From: Ignavibacteriota bacterium
GTDB taxonomy: Bacteria; Bacteroidota; Ignavibacteria; UBA10030; UBA6906
Reading direction: 5' to 3'
Length of the DNA: 64,000 nt
Assembly (NCBI GenBank): GCA_963801355.1
Contig: CAWDEM010000004.1
Span: 160,001-224,000, forward strand
The notes beneath the pieces were generated by a model, which worked only from the letters and a program-made list of their open reading frames with translations, did not search any database and had not been told where the DNA came from. Both the position numbers and the translations under genes were made by a program. Each line of letters begins with the position of its first letter. Position 1 is the stretch's first letter. This document shows positions 30,264 to 40,381 of the stretch, one piece after another.

Positions 30264-31646
30264 ATGTTCACTTCCATTAAGAAACTCCATTTCGTCGGTA
30301 TCGGCGGCATCGGCATGAGCGGCATCGCGGAAATCCTTATCGATCAGGGCTTCACCATCACAGGGTCGGACCGTGCGGGCAACGACAACATCGATCGCCT
30401 CACCGCGCTCGGCGCACAGATCTCGATCGGCCATCAAGCCTCGAATGTCGCTCCCGACGTGGATGCCATCGTGTACTCGTCGGCCATCCCGCCGGACAAT
30501 CCGGAAATTGTCGTCGCGCACCAGCGCAAGATCCCCGTCATCCGCCGTGCAGAGATGCTGGCGGAAGTCATGCGGCTGAAATACGGCATCGGCATCGCCG
30601 GAACGCACGGAAAGACCACAACGACGTCCATGGTCAGCCTCGTGCTGATGGAAGGCGGCGTGGATCCCACCGTGATCGTCGGCGGTCGCCTGCATGGGCT
30701 GGCCGGGTCCAACGCACGGATGGGAAAAGGGGAATTCATCGTCGTGGAGGCGGATGAGTTTGACCGTTCGTTCCTGTCGATCACCCCCACCATTGCGGTG
30801 CTGACGACGCTCGAAACCGATCATCTTGACTGCTATCGCGATCTGGAAGATATCAAAGCGGCGTTCATTCAATTCGCGGGCAAAGTTCCCTTCTACGGAT
30901 TTGTCGTGCTTTGCCTTGATGAGCCCGCCCTGCAGGATATCATGCCGAAGATCAAGAAGAAAATTATCACCTACGGTCTGAACAGCCAGGCGGATTTGCA
31001 GGCGGTGGATATCTCGCACAAACAAAACCGGACGCGCTTCACCGTGCTGCAGAACGGACGGGAATTGGGCGAAGTGGAACTGCAAATTCCGGGCAAGCAC
31101 AACGTACAGAACGCCCTGGCGGCTATCACGGTCGGCCTGGAGCTCCAGGTACCGTTTGCGCAGGTCAAGGCCGGCATCGAGAAATTCACGGGTGTTTTCC
31201 GGCGCTGGGAAGTGAAAGCGGAAATCGGAGATATCACCGTCGTCGACGACTATGCCCATCACCCGACGGAAATCAAGGCGACCCTTGCGGGAGTGAAAGC
31301 GGGATGGCGGAGACGCGTGATCTGCGTGTTTCAACCGCACCTGTATTCACGGACGCGCGACTTCTACGACGAATTCGGCCGGTCCTTCTTCAACGCCGAC
31401 GTCCTGGTCATCACCGATGTCTACCCGGCACGTGAGGAACCCATACAGGGCGTCAGCGGTGAATTGATCGTCAATGCCGCAAAGGAATTCGGGCATAAGC
31501 ATGTGGAATACCTTGCGGACAAAACCGGCGTCCCGGCATTGCTGATGGAGATCAAACAACCGGGTGATATTATCATCACGATGGGTGCCGGGGATATCTG
31601 GCGGTTCGGTGAGGAGTTTATTCGCAAACTGAAAGCCGCACAGTGA
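30264..31646 (+). CDS. murC: UDP-MurNAc:L-alanine ligase MurC
   Basis: HFVGIGGIGMSG, AGTHGKTTTT, EADEFD, DDYAHHPTE, FQPHLYSRT. Confidence 0.98.
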   Translation: MFTSIKKLHFVGIGGIGMSGIAEILIDQGFTITGSDRAGNDNIDRLTALGAQISIGHQASNVAPDVDAIVYSSAIPPDNPEIVVAHQRKIPVIRRAEMLAEVMRLKYGIGIAGTHGKTTTTSMVSLVLMEGGVDPTVIVGGRLHGLAGSNARMGKGEFIVVEADEFDRSFLSITPTIAVLTTLETDHLDCYRDLEDIKAAFIQFAGKVPFYGFVVLCLDEPALQDIMPKIKKKIITYGLNSQADLQAVDISHKQNRTRFTVLQNGRELGEVELQIPGKHNVQNALAAITVGLELQVPFAQVKAGIEKFTGVFRRWEVKAEIGDITVVDDYAHHPTEIKATLAGVKAGWRRRVICVFQPHLYSRTRDFYDEFGRSFFNADVLVITDVYPAREEPIQGVSGELIVNAAKEFGHKHVEYLADKTGVPALLMEIKQPGDIIITMGAGDIWRFGEEFIRKLKAAQ

Positions 31647-32437
31647 GCACACAACGGACGCCATCTCCGGCACCGCACGCGCCGCGGCGCGGCCCGGAGC
31701 TTCTCGTACTTCTCCTGCTGGCACTGGTGGCCATCGGCGCAGCCGTGGGAGCCCGCATCTGGATGGACACGCTCCAGGTGCGCGGCGTCCGCATCGAGGG
31801 AACGCGGATCGTTCCATCCGCCGACATCTTCCACCTTGCGGCTGTGCCCATGGACCAGGCGTTGAACGACGTCCGGCTGGCTGAAGTGCGTGACCGCGTG
31901 CGCCGGAACCCGTTTGTCCAGGACGTTGTGGTGCACCGGGATCCCCCGGATCGCATCCTCATCCAGGTTGAGGAACGGACGCCTGTGGCAGTTGTTGCCG
32001 CAGAGCATATGTTCTATGTGGATGCCGGAGGCATGCTGATGCCGGTCATCCGGTCGGAAGACGCTTTCGATCTTCCGGTGATTACAGGCGTTGAAGAAAT
32101 CCAATCGTGCGCAAGCGGGAAACAGCTCACACACCCGGCAATCCGGGAGGCGGTGCTTCTGGTGATGGCCGCCCGGCAGCTTCATGACGGGCTGTACCGG
32201 CGGATTTCCGAGGTGCATGTCGATGACTCGGGAGACCTCCTGATGTACACCGCTGACACCGGTGTACCCGTCGTCGTCGGCCGCGGCGACATCACGACAA
32301 AGCTTGAAAAATTCGAGGCGTTCTGGAACGCCGTTGTGACCAACCGGGGTGCGCAGACCCTCGCGTCGGTCGATCTTCGCTTTGCAGATCAAGTAGTGGT
32401 ACGCTGGACGAAGAGTAGCGAACAGATGGCGAACTGA
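31643..32437 (+). CDS. ftsQ: Cell division protein FtsQ/DivIB
   Basis: TM, POTRA domain, VEERTP, LPVITG, VDLRF. Confidence 0.9.
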   Translation: MSTQRTPSPAPHAPRRGPELLVLLLLALVAIGAAVGARIWMDTLQVRGVRIEGTRIVPSADIFHLAAVPMDQALNDVRLAEVRDRVRRNPFVQDVVVHRDPPDRILIQVEERTPVAVVAAEHMFYVDAGGMLMPVIRSEDAFDLPVITGVEEIQSCASGKQLTHPAIREAVLLVMAARQLHDGLYRRISEVHVDDSGDLLMYTADTGVPVVVGRGDITTKLEKFEAFWNAVVTNRGAQTLASVDLRFADQVVVRWTKSSEQMAN

Positions 32438-32461
32438 CTGATGTCACCGGAAGGACATTCT

Positions 32462-33700
32462 ATGGACAACATTATTGTAGGCCTCGATATCGGCACCACA
32501 AAAGTGTGTGCGGTCGTCGCCGGCACAGACGAACACGGACGCATCAACATCCTTGGCGTGGGACGGTCGGTCTGCGAAGGAATGACCCGCGGCGTGGTGA
32601 CGCATATCGATCGTACCACCGCGGCCATCAGCACTGCCATCAGTGAGGCACAGGCCTCCTCGGGCGTTGCCATCCGTTCTGTGATCGTCGGTATCGCGGG
32701 TGACCACATCCAGAGCTTTCAAAGCCGTGGGGTGATCGGCATCAGCGGCGCGGAACACGAAGTGACGAACGCCGATATCGATCGCCTCATTGAAGACACC
32801 AAACGCGTGGCCCTGCCGTCGGACCGGAAAATCATTCATGTCATCCCCCAGGAGTTCATTATCGACGGACAGGATGGCGTGTACGATCCCCTCGGCATGG
32901 CGGGCGTGCGGATGGAAGCCAATGTGCATATCATCACCGGGCTGGTCAGTGCGTCGCAAAATATCTATAAATGCGTGCAGCGCGCGGGCCTTGAAATCAG
33001 CGATATGGTACTCGAGCCGCTGGCATCCAGCTACGCCGTCCTGGACGATGAAGAAAAAGAAGTGGGGATCGCTCTCCTGGATATCGGCGGGGGCACCACC
33101 GATCTGGCGGTGTTCGAAGAACGGACGATCCGGCATACGGCGGTCATCGGGGTCGCAGGAAAGAAAGTCACGGATGACATACGCAAGGGGCTTGGAATTC
33201 TTACAGAGCAAGCCGAGCGCATCAAGAAGGACCATGGCTGTGCATACGTCCCCGCCGTCGTGGACAATGAACCCATCGTGCTTCCCGGTGTGGGCGGGCG
33301 GGATCCGATCAGCATTGACAAGCGTGTTCTCGCGCAGATCATCCAGCCCCGGATGGAGGAAATTCTGGAAATCGCTGCCATTGAAATCAAACGCTCCGGG
33401 TACAGCAAACATCTGGCGGGAGGAGTGGTGCTGACAGGCGGGGGCGCACTCATCAAAGGCACAAGCGAATTGGCGCATATGGTGCTGGGCATGCCCGTGA
33501 AGATCGGCATTCCCAGCGGCTTCTCCGGGGGTCTCGTCCGCGAAATAGAGAACCCGGCGTATGCCACGGCAGTCGGTTTGATCTACCATGGTTTGAAACA
33601 TCGCCCGTCCGCAGCCTCAACCGGATCGGGACGAAGCAGGAAAGAAAACAACCTGGGCGTCTGGGTGCGCAAGGTGCGCGAGTTTTTTGATGCCCTGTAA
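32462..33700 (+). CDS. ftsA: Cell division protein FtsA
   Basis: VGLDIGTTK, LDIGGGTTD, VLTGGG, C-terminal amphipathic WVRKVREFF; start at ATG 32462 (or 32441). Confidence 0.97.
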   Translation: MDNIIVGLDIGTTKVCAVVAGTDEHGRINILGVGRSVCEGMTRGVVTHIDRTTAAISTAISEAQASSGVAIRSVIVGIAGDHIQSFQSRGVIGISGAEHEVTNADIDRLIEDTKRVALPSDRKIIHVIPQEFIIDGQDGVYDPLGMAGVRMEANVHIITGLVSASQNIYKCVQRAGLEISDMVLEPLASSYAVLDDEEKEVGIALLDIGGGTTDLAVFEERTIRHTAVIGVAGKKVTDDIRKGLGILTEQAERIKKDHGCAYVPAVVDNEPIVLPGVGGRDPISIDKRVLAQIIQPRMEEILEIAAIEIKRSGYSKHLAGGVVLTGGGALIKGTSELAHMVLGMPVKIGIPSGFSGGLVREIENPAYATAVGLIYHGLKHRPSAASTGSGRSRKENNLGVWVRKVREFFDAL

Positions 33701-33739
33701 CCACGAGTGTAACTTATAAACCCAAAGGAGGAACAACCT

Positions 33740-34924
33740 GTGATCGAACTGGACAATGGATTCGATCGTGGAGCAAAAATCCGCGTGGTCGGTGTAGGCG
33801 GCGGTGGCGGCAACGCCGTCAACAGTATGATCAAGAAAGGGTTGCACGGTGTGGACTTCTTCGCGGTCAACACCGATGTCCAGGCCCTGCAAAGGAACCA
33901 GGCACCGAACAAGATACAAATCGGCAAGAACCTAACCCACGGTCTGGGTGCGGGCGCCGATCCGACGATCGGGTACCGCGCGGTGGAGGAAGACCGCGAA
34001 GAGATCGCCCGCGCCTTGACCGGGAGCGATATGGTATTTGTGACCGCCGGCATGGGAGGCGGCACGGGAACCGGCGGAGCCCCGCTCGTGAGCAACATCG
34101 CGAAGAGCCTGGGTGCTCTGGTCGTGGGTATTGTCACCCGCCCCTTCCAGTGCGAAGGCAAGAAACGTACGGGACAGGCCGATCAGGGCATTGACGAGTT
34201 GCGCAAGCAGGTGGACACCCTCATCGTCATCCCGAATCAGAAACTGTTGTCGATCGTAGAACGCCGCACGCCGCTGACCGAAGCATTTGACATTGCCAAC
34301 AGCGTGCTGTACGGCGCCACACGCGGCATCTCGGAACTCATTACGGTTCCCGGCTTGATCAATGTGGACTTCGCCGATGTCCGGACCATCATGCGGGAGA
34401 TGGGTGATGCCGTCATGGGCACAGGAGAGGCCACGGGAGAAAACCGGGCAACGGAAGCCGCACATATGGCGATCTCCAGCCCGCTCCTGGATGATGTTTC
34501 CATCAGCGGTGCCCGGGGTGTTCTGGTGAATATCACCGGCGGACCATCGATGGCACTGTATGAGATCGATGAAGCGACCGAGATTATTCACAGCGCCGCC
34601 GGCGATGAGGCAAACGTGATCCTGGGTGCGGTCATTGACGATCAGCTCACGGAAGAGATTATTGTCACCGTCATTGCCACGGGTTTCAATCAGCACGTGC
34701 CGCTGGCGAGTGCGGTGCATCCCGTCGCGCAGAAGTCGGTGCGCCCGATCGAAAGGGTTCCGACAGGTGCAGATGACCTGCAGCTCCTCGATGTTCCGGC
34801 CTACAAGCGGCGCGGCATCGAATTGAACATTGCGGGAAGCCGTACCGAGCAGGATCCACCGAAAGAGAGAATCGACAAGAGCGATCGGGAAAAGCCGGCG
34901 TTTCTCCGTAAAGTCATGGACTGA
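33740..34924 (+). CDS. ftsZ: Cell division protein FtsZ
   Basis: GVGGGGGN, GGGTGTG tubulin signature, INVDFAD, C-terminal PAFLRK; AAAGGAGG SD. Confidence 0.99.
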   Translation: MIELDNGFDRGAKIRVVGVGGGGGNAVNSMIKKGLHGVDFFAVNTDVQALQRNQAPNKIQIGKNLTHGLGAGADPTIGYRAVEEDREEIARALTGSDMVFVTAGMGGGTGTGGAPLVSNIAKSLGALVVGIVTRPFQCEGKKRTGQADQGIDELRKQVDTLIVIPNQKLLSIVERRTPLTEAFDIANSVLYGATRGISELITVPGLINVDFADVRTIMREMGDAVMGTGEATGENRATEAAHMAISSPLLDDVSISGARGVLVNITGGPSMALYEIDEATEIIHSAAGDEANVILGAVIDDQLTEEIIVTVIATGFNQHVPLASAVHPVAQKSVRPIERVPTGADDLQLLDVPAYKRRGIELNIAGSRTEQDPPKERIDKSDREKPAFLRKVMD

Positions 34925-34943
34925 GCAGTGATGATCCACGGAC

Positions 34944-34979
34944 GTGACACTCACCTGCGCCCACGCAGGTGAGTGTCAC
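34944..34979 (+). terminator. 16-bp perfect hairpin after ftsZ
   Basis: GTGACACTCACCTGCG-CCCA-CGCAGGTGAGTGTCAC; no U tract. Confidence 0.6.
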
Positions 34980-35046
34980 CTCACGTCTCCACGTCACCTC
35001 ACGGCTTTACGTCGCATTGCGTTTCTACGTAACCTTCCGTCTCTTC
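34975..35046. repeat. 4 x 18-bp degenerate intergenic tandem repeat
   Basis: GTCACCTCACGTCTCCAC/GTCACCTCACGGCTTTAC/GTCGCATTGCGTTTCTAC/GTAACCTTCCGTCTCTTC. Confidence 0.75.
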
Positions 35047-35049
35047 CGG

Positions 35050-35078
35050 TTGCTTCTTCCTCCCGACTTTTCTACTTT
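35050..35078 (+). promoter_or_regulatory. Putative promoter giving a leaderless DUF4159 transcript
   Basis: TTGCTT-N17-TACTTT ending 5 nt before ATG 35084; no SD. Confidence 0.45.
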
Positions 35079-35083
35079 TCCTC

Positions 35084-35758
35084 ATGATTCGCACGCTATT
35101 TTTCTGTGTTCTCCTCTTCTGTTGTGCCGCCGAGGTGGTGCAGACCCAGACGGGAACGCCCGCCAGCGCCGTCCGCATCGGCCGCGTGAAGTACGCCGGG
35201 GGAGGCGATTGGTACAACGACCCGTCCGCCGAGGTGAACCTCCTCGCGTTCGTGCGTCAGCACGCGGGTATCGATGTCGATCCGACATACACGCCGGTGG
35301 ACATCGGCAGCGAGCAGATCTTTTCGTTTCCGATCCTGTTCATGACGGGACACGGAAATATTGCGTTGACCGGGAAGGACCTGGAGAACCTGCGCACGTA
35401 CCTGCAAAACGGAGGGTTCCTCTACGCCGACGACGACTACGGCATGGACAAATCCTTCCGGCGTGAACTCCACCGCGCGTTTCCGGACCGGGATCTTGTG
35501 GAACTCCCATTCTCGTTCGGGCTCTATCACACGCCGTTCTCCTTCTCTGCGGGCCCTCCGAAAACCCATAAGCACGATGAACACCCCCCCCGTGCCTACG
35601 GCCTGTTCCATGAAGGACGCCTGATTGTGCTGTATACGTATGAGAGCAATCCCTCGGACGGGTGGGCGGATCCCGAAGTGCACGGCGACCCGCCCGACAA
35701 ACGGGAAGAGGCGCTCCGATTCGGCATGAACATTATCATGTGGGCCCTGACCCATTGA
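35084..35758 (+). CDS. DUF4159 domain secreted protein
   Basis: Signal peptide; KYAGGGDWY, MTGHG, LRTYLQNGGFLYADDDYG, DGW. Confidence 0.85.
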   Translation: MIRTLFFCVLLFCCAAEVVQTQTGTPASAVRIGRVKYAGGGDWYNDPSAEVNLLAFVRQHAGIDVDPTYTPVDIGSEQIFSFPILFMTGHGNIALTGKDLENLRTYLQNGGFLYADDDYGMDKSFRRELHRAFPDRDLVELPFSFGLYHTPFSFSAGPPKTHKHDEHPPRAYGLFHEGRLIVLYTYESNPSDGWADPEVHGDPPDKREEALRFGMNIIMWALTH

Positions 35759-35759
35759 G

Positions 35760-38700
35760 GTGCTGACACACCACATGTCTACCGGTATCAATAGCATTCT
35801 GAGCCGATTTGCCGATGTTCGCCGTCGGGACAATGGCGTGCGATCCATCAGCGGGCTGCTGTTTGCCCTTGCGCTCATCATTGCCGCGATCGTGGTCCTG
35901 CTCGGCGTCGAGGCGCTGTTCTGGCTCGATGTGACATCACGCACCGTCATTGCGGTGGTAGTGCTGGCCGGCGGTATCGGTCTCATCCTCTGGCTGGCCG
36001 GCATCCCGTTCGCCCGCCGTCTTGGCATTCTCCGTTCTGAGACAGATCTCGTGACGGCCGGCCGGATCGGCCGTGTCTTCCCCGAAATTCACGACCGCCT
36101 GCTCAACATCGTTCAATTGGAGCAACAAAAAGCATCAGCGTCCGCTTACTACTCCACAGAACTCATCGATGCAGCTCTGGAAGACACACAAAGGGATGTG
36201 GCGTCCGTGGACTTTTCGGCGATTATTGATCGCGGTCCGCTCCGGACGGCACGCCGTCTCCTGCTGGCGGGGATTGTGCTGGCGGCTCTCGTAGCAGCCA
36301 TTCTGCCGCTGGACATCAGCCAGGCGGGGTATCGTCTTGTGCATTTCCGGCAGTCATTCTCCCCGCCGGCGACGCTCGTCCTGCACGTCGAACCCGGGAA
36401 CCGTGACGTCGTAAAAGGGGAATCGATTGACGTCATTGTGCGCGCGCTGGGAACGGTGCATGCGCCGGTTGAAGCCCTGCTGCGCCCCGAAGGCCAGGTG
36501 ACGACCGACGTCCACACCCTTGCGGCGCGGGCCGACGGAACCTATCACTACCGTCTGGAGGGAGTCCGCCTGTCGACATCCTATTGGATTCGCTCGGGTG
36601 ATGTCAGGACCGACGAATATCTCCTCCGGGTGCTCGACCGGCCTTCCATCGTGGCGCTCCAGGTCCGGCTGACATATCCCCGGTACACCGGCCTTCCGCC
36701 GAAGGAACTCGATGAAAACATCGGCGATGTCACCGCGCCAGCCGGGAGCATCATGCGGGTCATGCTGCGATCCAGCAAGACGGTAGCCGGCGCAACGGTG
36801 TGGTTTGACGACAGTACACATGTCGCATTGACGAGTGATGCGAAGAGCGCTCAGGGGACGCTGATGCTGCGCGCCGACCGGAAGTACCATCTCGACATCG
36901 TGGACACGGAGGGGCTCCACAATGCGGATCCGATAGAATACGCAATCCGCGTCATTCCCGACGCGCCTCCGTCCATCACCATTGTCACGCCCGGCGTGAA
37001 TCTGAATGTCGCAGGCAACGAACGGTTGCCGATGGTGTTTCGCATCACCGATGATTACGGCATCTCGCATCTCCGCCTTGCACACAGGCTTGTGCATTCA
37101 CGCTACGAACCGGCCGCGGAGGATTTCACCGTGGTGGAAGTACCCTTCGCACCGGGACCTGGAAACGAATGGATCGCGCCGTTCGCGTGGGAGCTTTCCT
37201 CGCTTCACCTCTCGCCCGAAGATGTTGTCGAGTATCATGCGGAAGTACTTGACAACGACGCCGTGTCCGGACCAAAGGCTGCTGTCAGCGGCACCTATAC
37301 GCTCCGGCTCCCGTCCCTTGATGAAGTGTTTGCCGAAGCCGAAAAGGGGCACGAGGCGGCGGAAGGCGATCTTGACAAGGCATTGAAGCAAGCGGAGGAT
37401 GCCCGCAAGGAACTTGAAGAGCTGACACGCCAGGTAAAGAGGCAACAGCAAAAACTGAACTGGAACGAGCAGAAGAAAGCGGAGGAACTTGCCAGACGCT
37501 ACGAGGAGATCCGCAAGAAAGTCGACGACGTGCAGCGTACGGTCGACAGCATGCTGGAGGAGATGCAAAAGAACAACGTGCTCTCGCCCGAAACGATGGA
37601 GAAGTATCAGGAGCTCCAGCAGCTGATGGAGCAGATTTCCTCTCCGGAGTTTGCCGAAGCGCTCAAACGGTTGCAGCAGAACATGCAGCAGATGACTCCG
37701 GAGGCGCTCAAACAGGCGCTCGAGAAGTTCCAGTTCTCGGAGGAACAATTCCGGAAGAGCATAGAGCGCACATTGAACCTCCTGAAGCGCATCCAGGTTG
37801 AGCTGAAAGTGGATGAGATGCTGAAGCGCACGGAGTCGATGGAGAAGGCGCAGCAAGGATTGCGTGAAGACCTGGAGCAACATCCTCCGGCGGACAAATC
37901 GGCCGCAGAGCCGAAAGCACGGGAACAAAACGATCTGCGTGACCAGGCGGCGTCCCTGAAACGGGACCTCGCGGCGTTGGAAAAGAATATGGAGGAATTC
38001 CCCGCCGAAATGCCGGTGGAGCAGATGCAGGAGCTGCAAGCACTCCTTGAGAAGAGCGGAATGGAAGCCGCCATGCAGCAGAGCACGGAGCAGATCCGGC
38101 AGGGCGACTATCAGCAGGCCATGCAGCAGCAGGAGAAATCCTCGCAGGCGTTACGTTCGCTCTCACAGGGACTCCAGCGGATGAAACGAGAGATGCTGCA
38201 AAATCAACAGCGGCAGGTAGTTCAGGAAATGCAGCGTGCGACGCAGGACCTGCTGGAGATCTCGAAGCGTGAAGAAGGGCTGAAGAACGAATCCCGCGGG
38301 CTTGATCCCTCCGCTCAACGCTTTCGGGAAAATGCCCAGCAGCAAATGGATGCGCTGCGTGATCTGGGGAATGTCACCGGCCGTCTGGGTGGGCTTTCCC
38401 AGAAGACCTTCAGCATTTCGCCGGAGATGGGCAAGACGCTCGGCGACGCAATGCGTGCCATGGCACAGGCACTTGAATCCCTCGAGCAACGGAACGGGGC
38501 CCAGGCAGCCCAGCAGCAGGGAGCCGCAATGGGCTCGTTGAACCAGGCCGCGCAACAGTTGCAGGAAGCCGCACAGGGGTTGATGCAGGGTGGCGGACAG
38601 GGCATGGGGATGGCGGGTTTCATGCAACGGCTCCAGCGGCTCTCCGGAATGCAGCAAGGCATCAACGACGCGACACAGGGCCTCAGTCCGCAGCAGGCAG

Positions 38701-39131
38701 CCGAAATGGCGCGGCTTGCCGGGGAACAGGGCATGGTGCGCAAGTCCATGGAGGAGCTTGCCCGTGAGGCCGGCCGGACAGGTGAAATGAGCAAACTCCT
38801 GGGCGATCTGAACCGCGTCGCGCAAGACATGCGGGAGGTCCAGACAGATCTTGCACAGGGCAACGTCAATTCTGAAACGCTCCACAAGCAGGAACGCATT
38901 CTCTCACGCATGCTCGATGCACAGCGCTCCATGCGCGAACGGGACTACGAGAAGCGGCGCAAGTCGGAATCCGGAACGGACGTCGCCCGCCGGAGTCCGG
39001 GCGCGCTGGATCTCTCAACACCGGAAGGCCGGAGCAAGCTCCAGCAAGACCTGCTGCGTGCGCTGGAAGAGGGATACAGCAAAGACTATGAAGAGCTCAT
39101 CCGCAAATACTTTGAAGCATTGCAGAAATAA
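35760..39131 (+). CDS. DUF4175-family membrane-anchored protein with Ig-like repeats and long Gln/Glu-rich coiled coil
   Basis: Three N-terminal TMs, DDYG motif, DNDAVSGPK, coiled coil, C-terminal Y..LIRKYF; start may be ATG 35775. Confidence 0.75.
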   Translation: MLTHHMSTGINSILSRFADVRRRDNGVRSISGLLFALALIIAAIVVLLGVEALFWLDVTSRTVIAVVVLAGGIGLILWLAGIPFARRLGILRSETDLVTAGRIGRVFPEIHDRLLNIVQLEQQKASASAYYSTELIDAALEDTQRDVASVDFSAIIDRGPLRTARRLLLAGIVLAALVAAILPLDISQAGYRLVHFRQSFSPPATLVLHVEPGNRDVVKGESIDVIVRALGTVHAPVEALLRPEGQVTTDVHTLAARADGTYHYRLEGVRLSTSYWIRSGDVRTDEYLLRVLDRPSIVALQVRLTYPRYTGLPPKELDENIGDVTAPAGSIMRVMLRSSKTVAGATVWFDDSTHVALTSDAKSAQGTLMLRADRKYHLDIVDTEGLHNADPIEYAIRVIPDAPPSITIVTPGVNLNVAGNERLPMVFRITDDYGISHLRLAHRLVHSRYEPAAEDFTVVEVPFAPGPGNEWIAPFAWELSSLHLSPEDVVEYHAEVLDNDAVSGPKAAVSGTYTLRLPSLDEVFAEAEKGHEAAEGDLDKALKQAEDARKELEELTRQVKRQQQKLNWNEQKKAEELARRYEEIRKKVDDVQRTVDSMLEEMQKNNVLSPETMEKYQELQQLMEQISSPEFAEALKRLQQNMQQMTPEALKQALEKFQFSEEQFRKSIERTLNLLKRIQVELKVDEMLKRTESMEKAQQGLREDLEQHPPADKSAAEPKAREQNDLRDQAASLKRDLAALEKNMEEFPAEMPVEQMQELQALLEKSGMEAAMQQSTEQIRQGDYQQAMQQQEKSSQALRSLSQGLQRMKREMLQNQQRQVVQEMQRATQDLLEISKREEGLKNESRGLDPSAQRFRENAQQQMDALRDLGNVTGRLGGLSQKTFSISPEMGKTLGDAMRAMAQALESLEQRNGAQAAQQQGAAMGSLNQAAQQLQEAAQGLMQGGGQGMGMAGFMQRLQRLSGMQQGINDATQGLSPQQAAEMARLAGEQGMVRKSMEELAREAGRTGEMSKLLGDLNRVAQDMREVQTDLAQGNVNSETLHKQERILSRMLDAQRSMRERDYEKRRKSESGTDVARRSPGALDLSTPEGRSKLQQDLLRALEEGYSKDYEELIRKYFEALQK

Positions 39132-39137
39132 CACACC

Positions 39138-40316
39138 ATGCACACCATCTCCTCGATTGCCCGCATGCTGTATAAGAACTATGCCGGCTTCCGTCTGGAT
39201 CACCAGTCGCCGGCGACCTGCGTCCACGCCGGGCTTTGTGCGGAAATGCAGCGTCTCGTCGGCGGCAGCAACGGTCTCCTCACGCAGCGGGAAATCGGCC
39301 GGTCGATAGAGGGACGCAGCATTCATCTTCTCACCGCGGGTTCCGGTCCGCTGAACATTCTGCTCTGGTCGCAAATGCACGGTGATGAATCCACCGCGAC
39401 ACTTGCGTTGCTCGACATTGCACACTTCTTCACGCGCGAAAGCCGGCTGCCCTGGGTGGCAAACATACTTCGGTCCCTCTCGGTGCACTGCATCCCCATG
39501 GTCAATCCTGATGGGGCCGAATCCCGCACGCGCTACAATGCCGTCGGCATCGACATCAACCGTGATGCCCGCACTGCTGTCTCCCCCGAGGCCAGGGCGC
39601 TGCGTCAGATCCAGCGGAGCATTGCGCCGGAGTTCGCATTCAACCTGCATGATCAGAACCTTCATTCAGCCGGTGATACAGCACGCGTTGCTGCCCTCGC
39701 ATTACTGGCGCCTCCTCCTGATGAGCAGCGATCCACCCCGCGTGTGCGGCGGCGCGCCATGCGCCTGGGTGCGCTTATCGCAAAAGCGCTCCATCCATTT
39801 GCCGGCGGACACATCACTCGGTACGATGACGCCTACGAACCGCGCGCATTCGGAGATCTCTTTCAGTCTCTGGGGAGCAGTACGCTGCTGATCGAATCGG
39901 GCCACTGGCCGCATGATCCGGAAAAAGCGACGATACGCAAGTTGAACGTCGTGGGAATTCTCACGGCTCTCTGGAGCATCGCCGGCGGTGCGTATGAAGA
40001 TGTCGACCTGGATTCCTATACCGGTCTACCCCCCAACGGCCAGCGGATGTTTGACCTGCTGATCAGGGGGGTGGAACTTCGCCATGACAGCGGGTGGTCC
40101 GGTGCGGCTGATCTCGGCGTACTGTACGAGCGTTACGGTGATCGTGCAACCATCAAGGAAATAGGGGATCTCCGGCTGTACGGCGGGCTGGAAGTGCACA
40201 CCCTGCGGAAACGTGTTCTCCCCCCGGCCTTGATGCGCGTCGAGAGCAGCATGCAACGCCGGACGCTCTATGATCTCCTGCAAATCTACCGGGCCTCACC
40301 CCCTTCCTGCGCTTGA
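39138..40316 (+). CDS. M14 family zinc carboxypeptidase
   Basis: GRSIEGR, SQMHGDE (HxxE), PMVNPDG, RYNA.GIDINRD, NLHDQ. Confidence 0.85.
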   Translation: MHTISSIARMLYKNYAGFRLDHQSPATCVHAGLCAEMQRLVGGSNGLLTQREIGRSIEGRSIHLLTAGSGPLNILLWSQMHGDESTATLALLDIAHFFTRESRLPWVANILRSLSVHCIPMVNPDGAESRTRYNAVGIDINRDARTAVSPEARALRQIQRSIAPEFAFNLHDQNLHSAGDTARVAALALLAPPPDEQRSTPRVRRRAMRLGALIAKALHPFAGGHITRYDDAYEPRAFGDLFQSLGSSTLLIESGHWPHDPEKATIRKLNVVGILTALWSIAGGAYEDVDLDSYTGLPPNGQRMFDLLIRGVELRHDSGWSGAADLGVLYERYGDRATIKEIGDLRLYGGLEVHTLRKRVLPPALMRVESSMQRRTLYDLLQIYRASPPSCA

Positions 40317-40341
40317 CAGTTCCCAAAGTATCGCGTATCAT
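40313..40341 (+). promoter_or_regulatory. sigma70 promoter of the ECF sigma gene
   Basis: TTGACA-N17-TATCAT. Confidence 0.7.
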
Positions 40342-40381
40342 TAATGTTCGAGAAGACACTCCCTTTTTTGTGACGGATGCC

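Noticed and set aside
34975-35046. Possible mini-CRISPR
   Set aside because: Units are contiguous and degenerate, with no spacers and no cas genes.
37330-39131. Gln-rich CAGCAG periodicity in the DUF4175 gene
   Set aside because: Ordinary coiled-coil coding bias, not a DNA repeat element.
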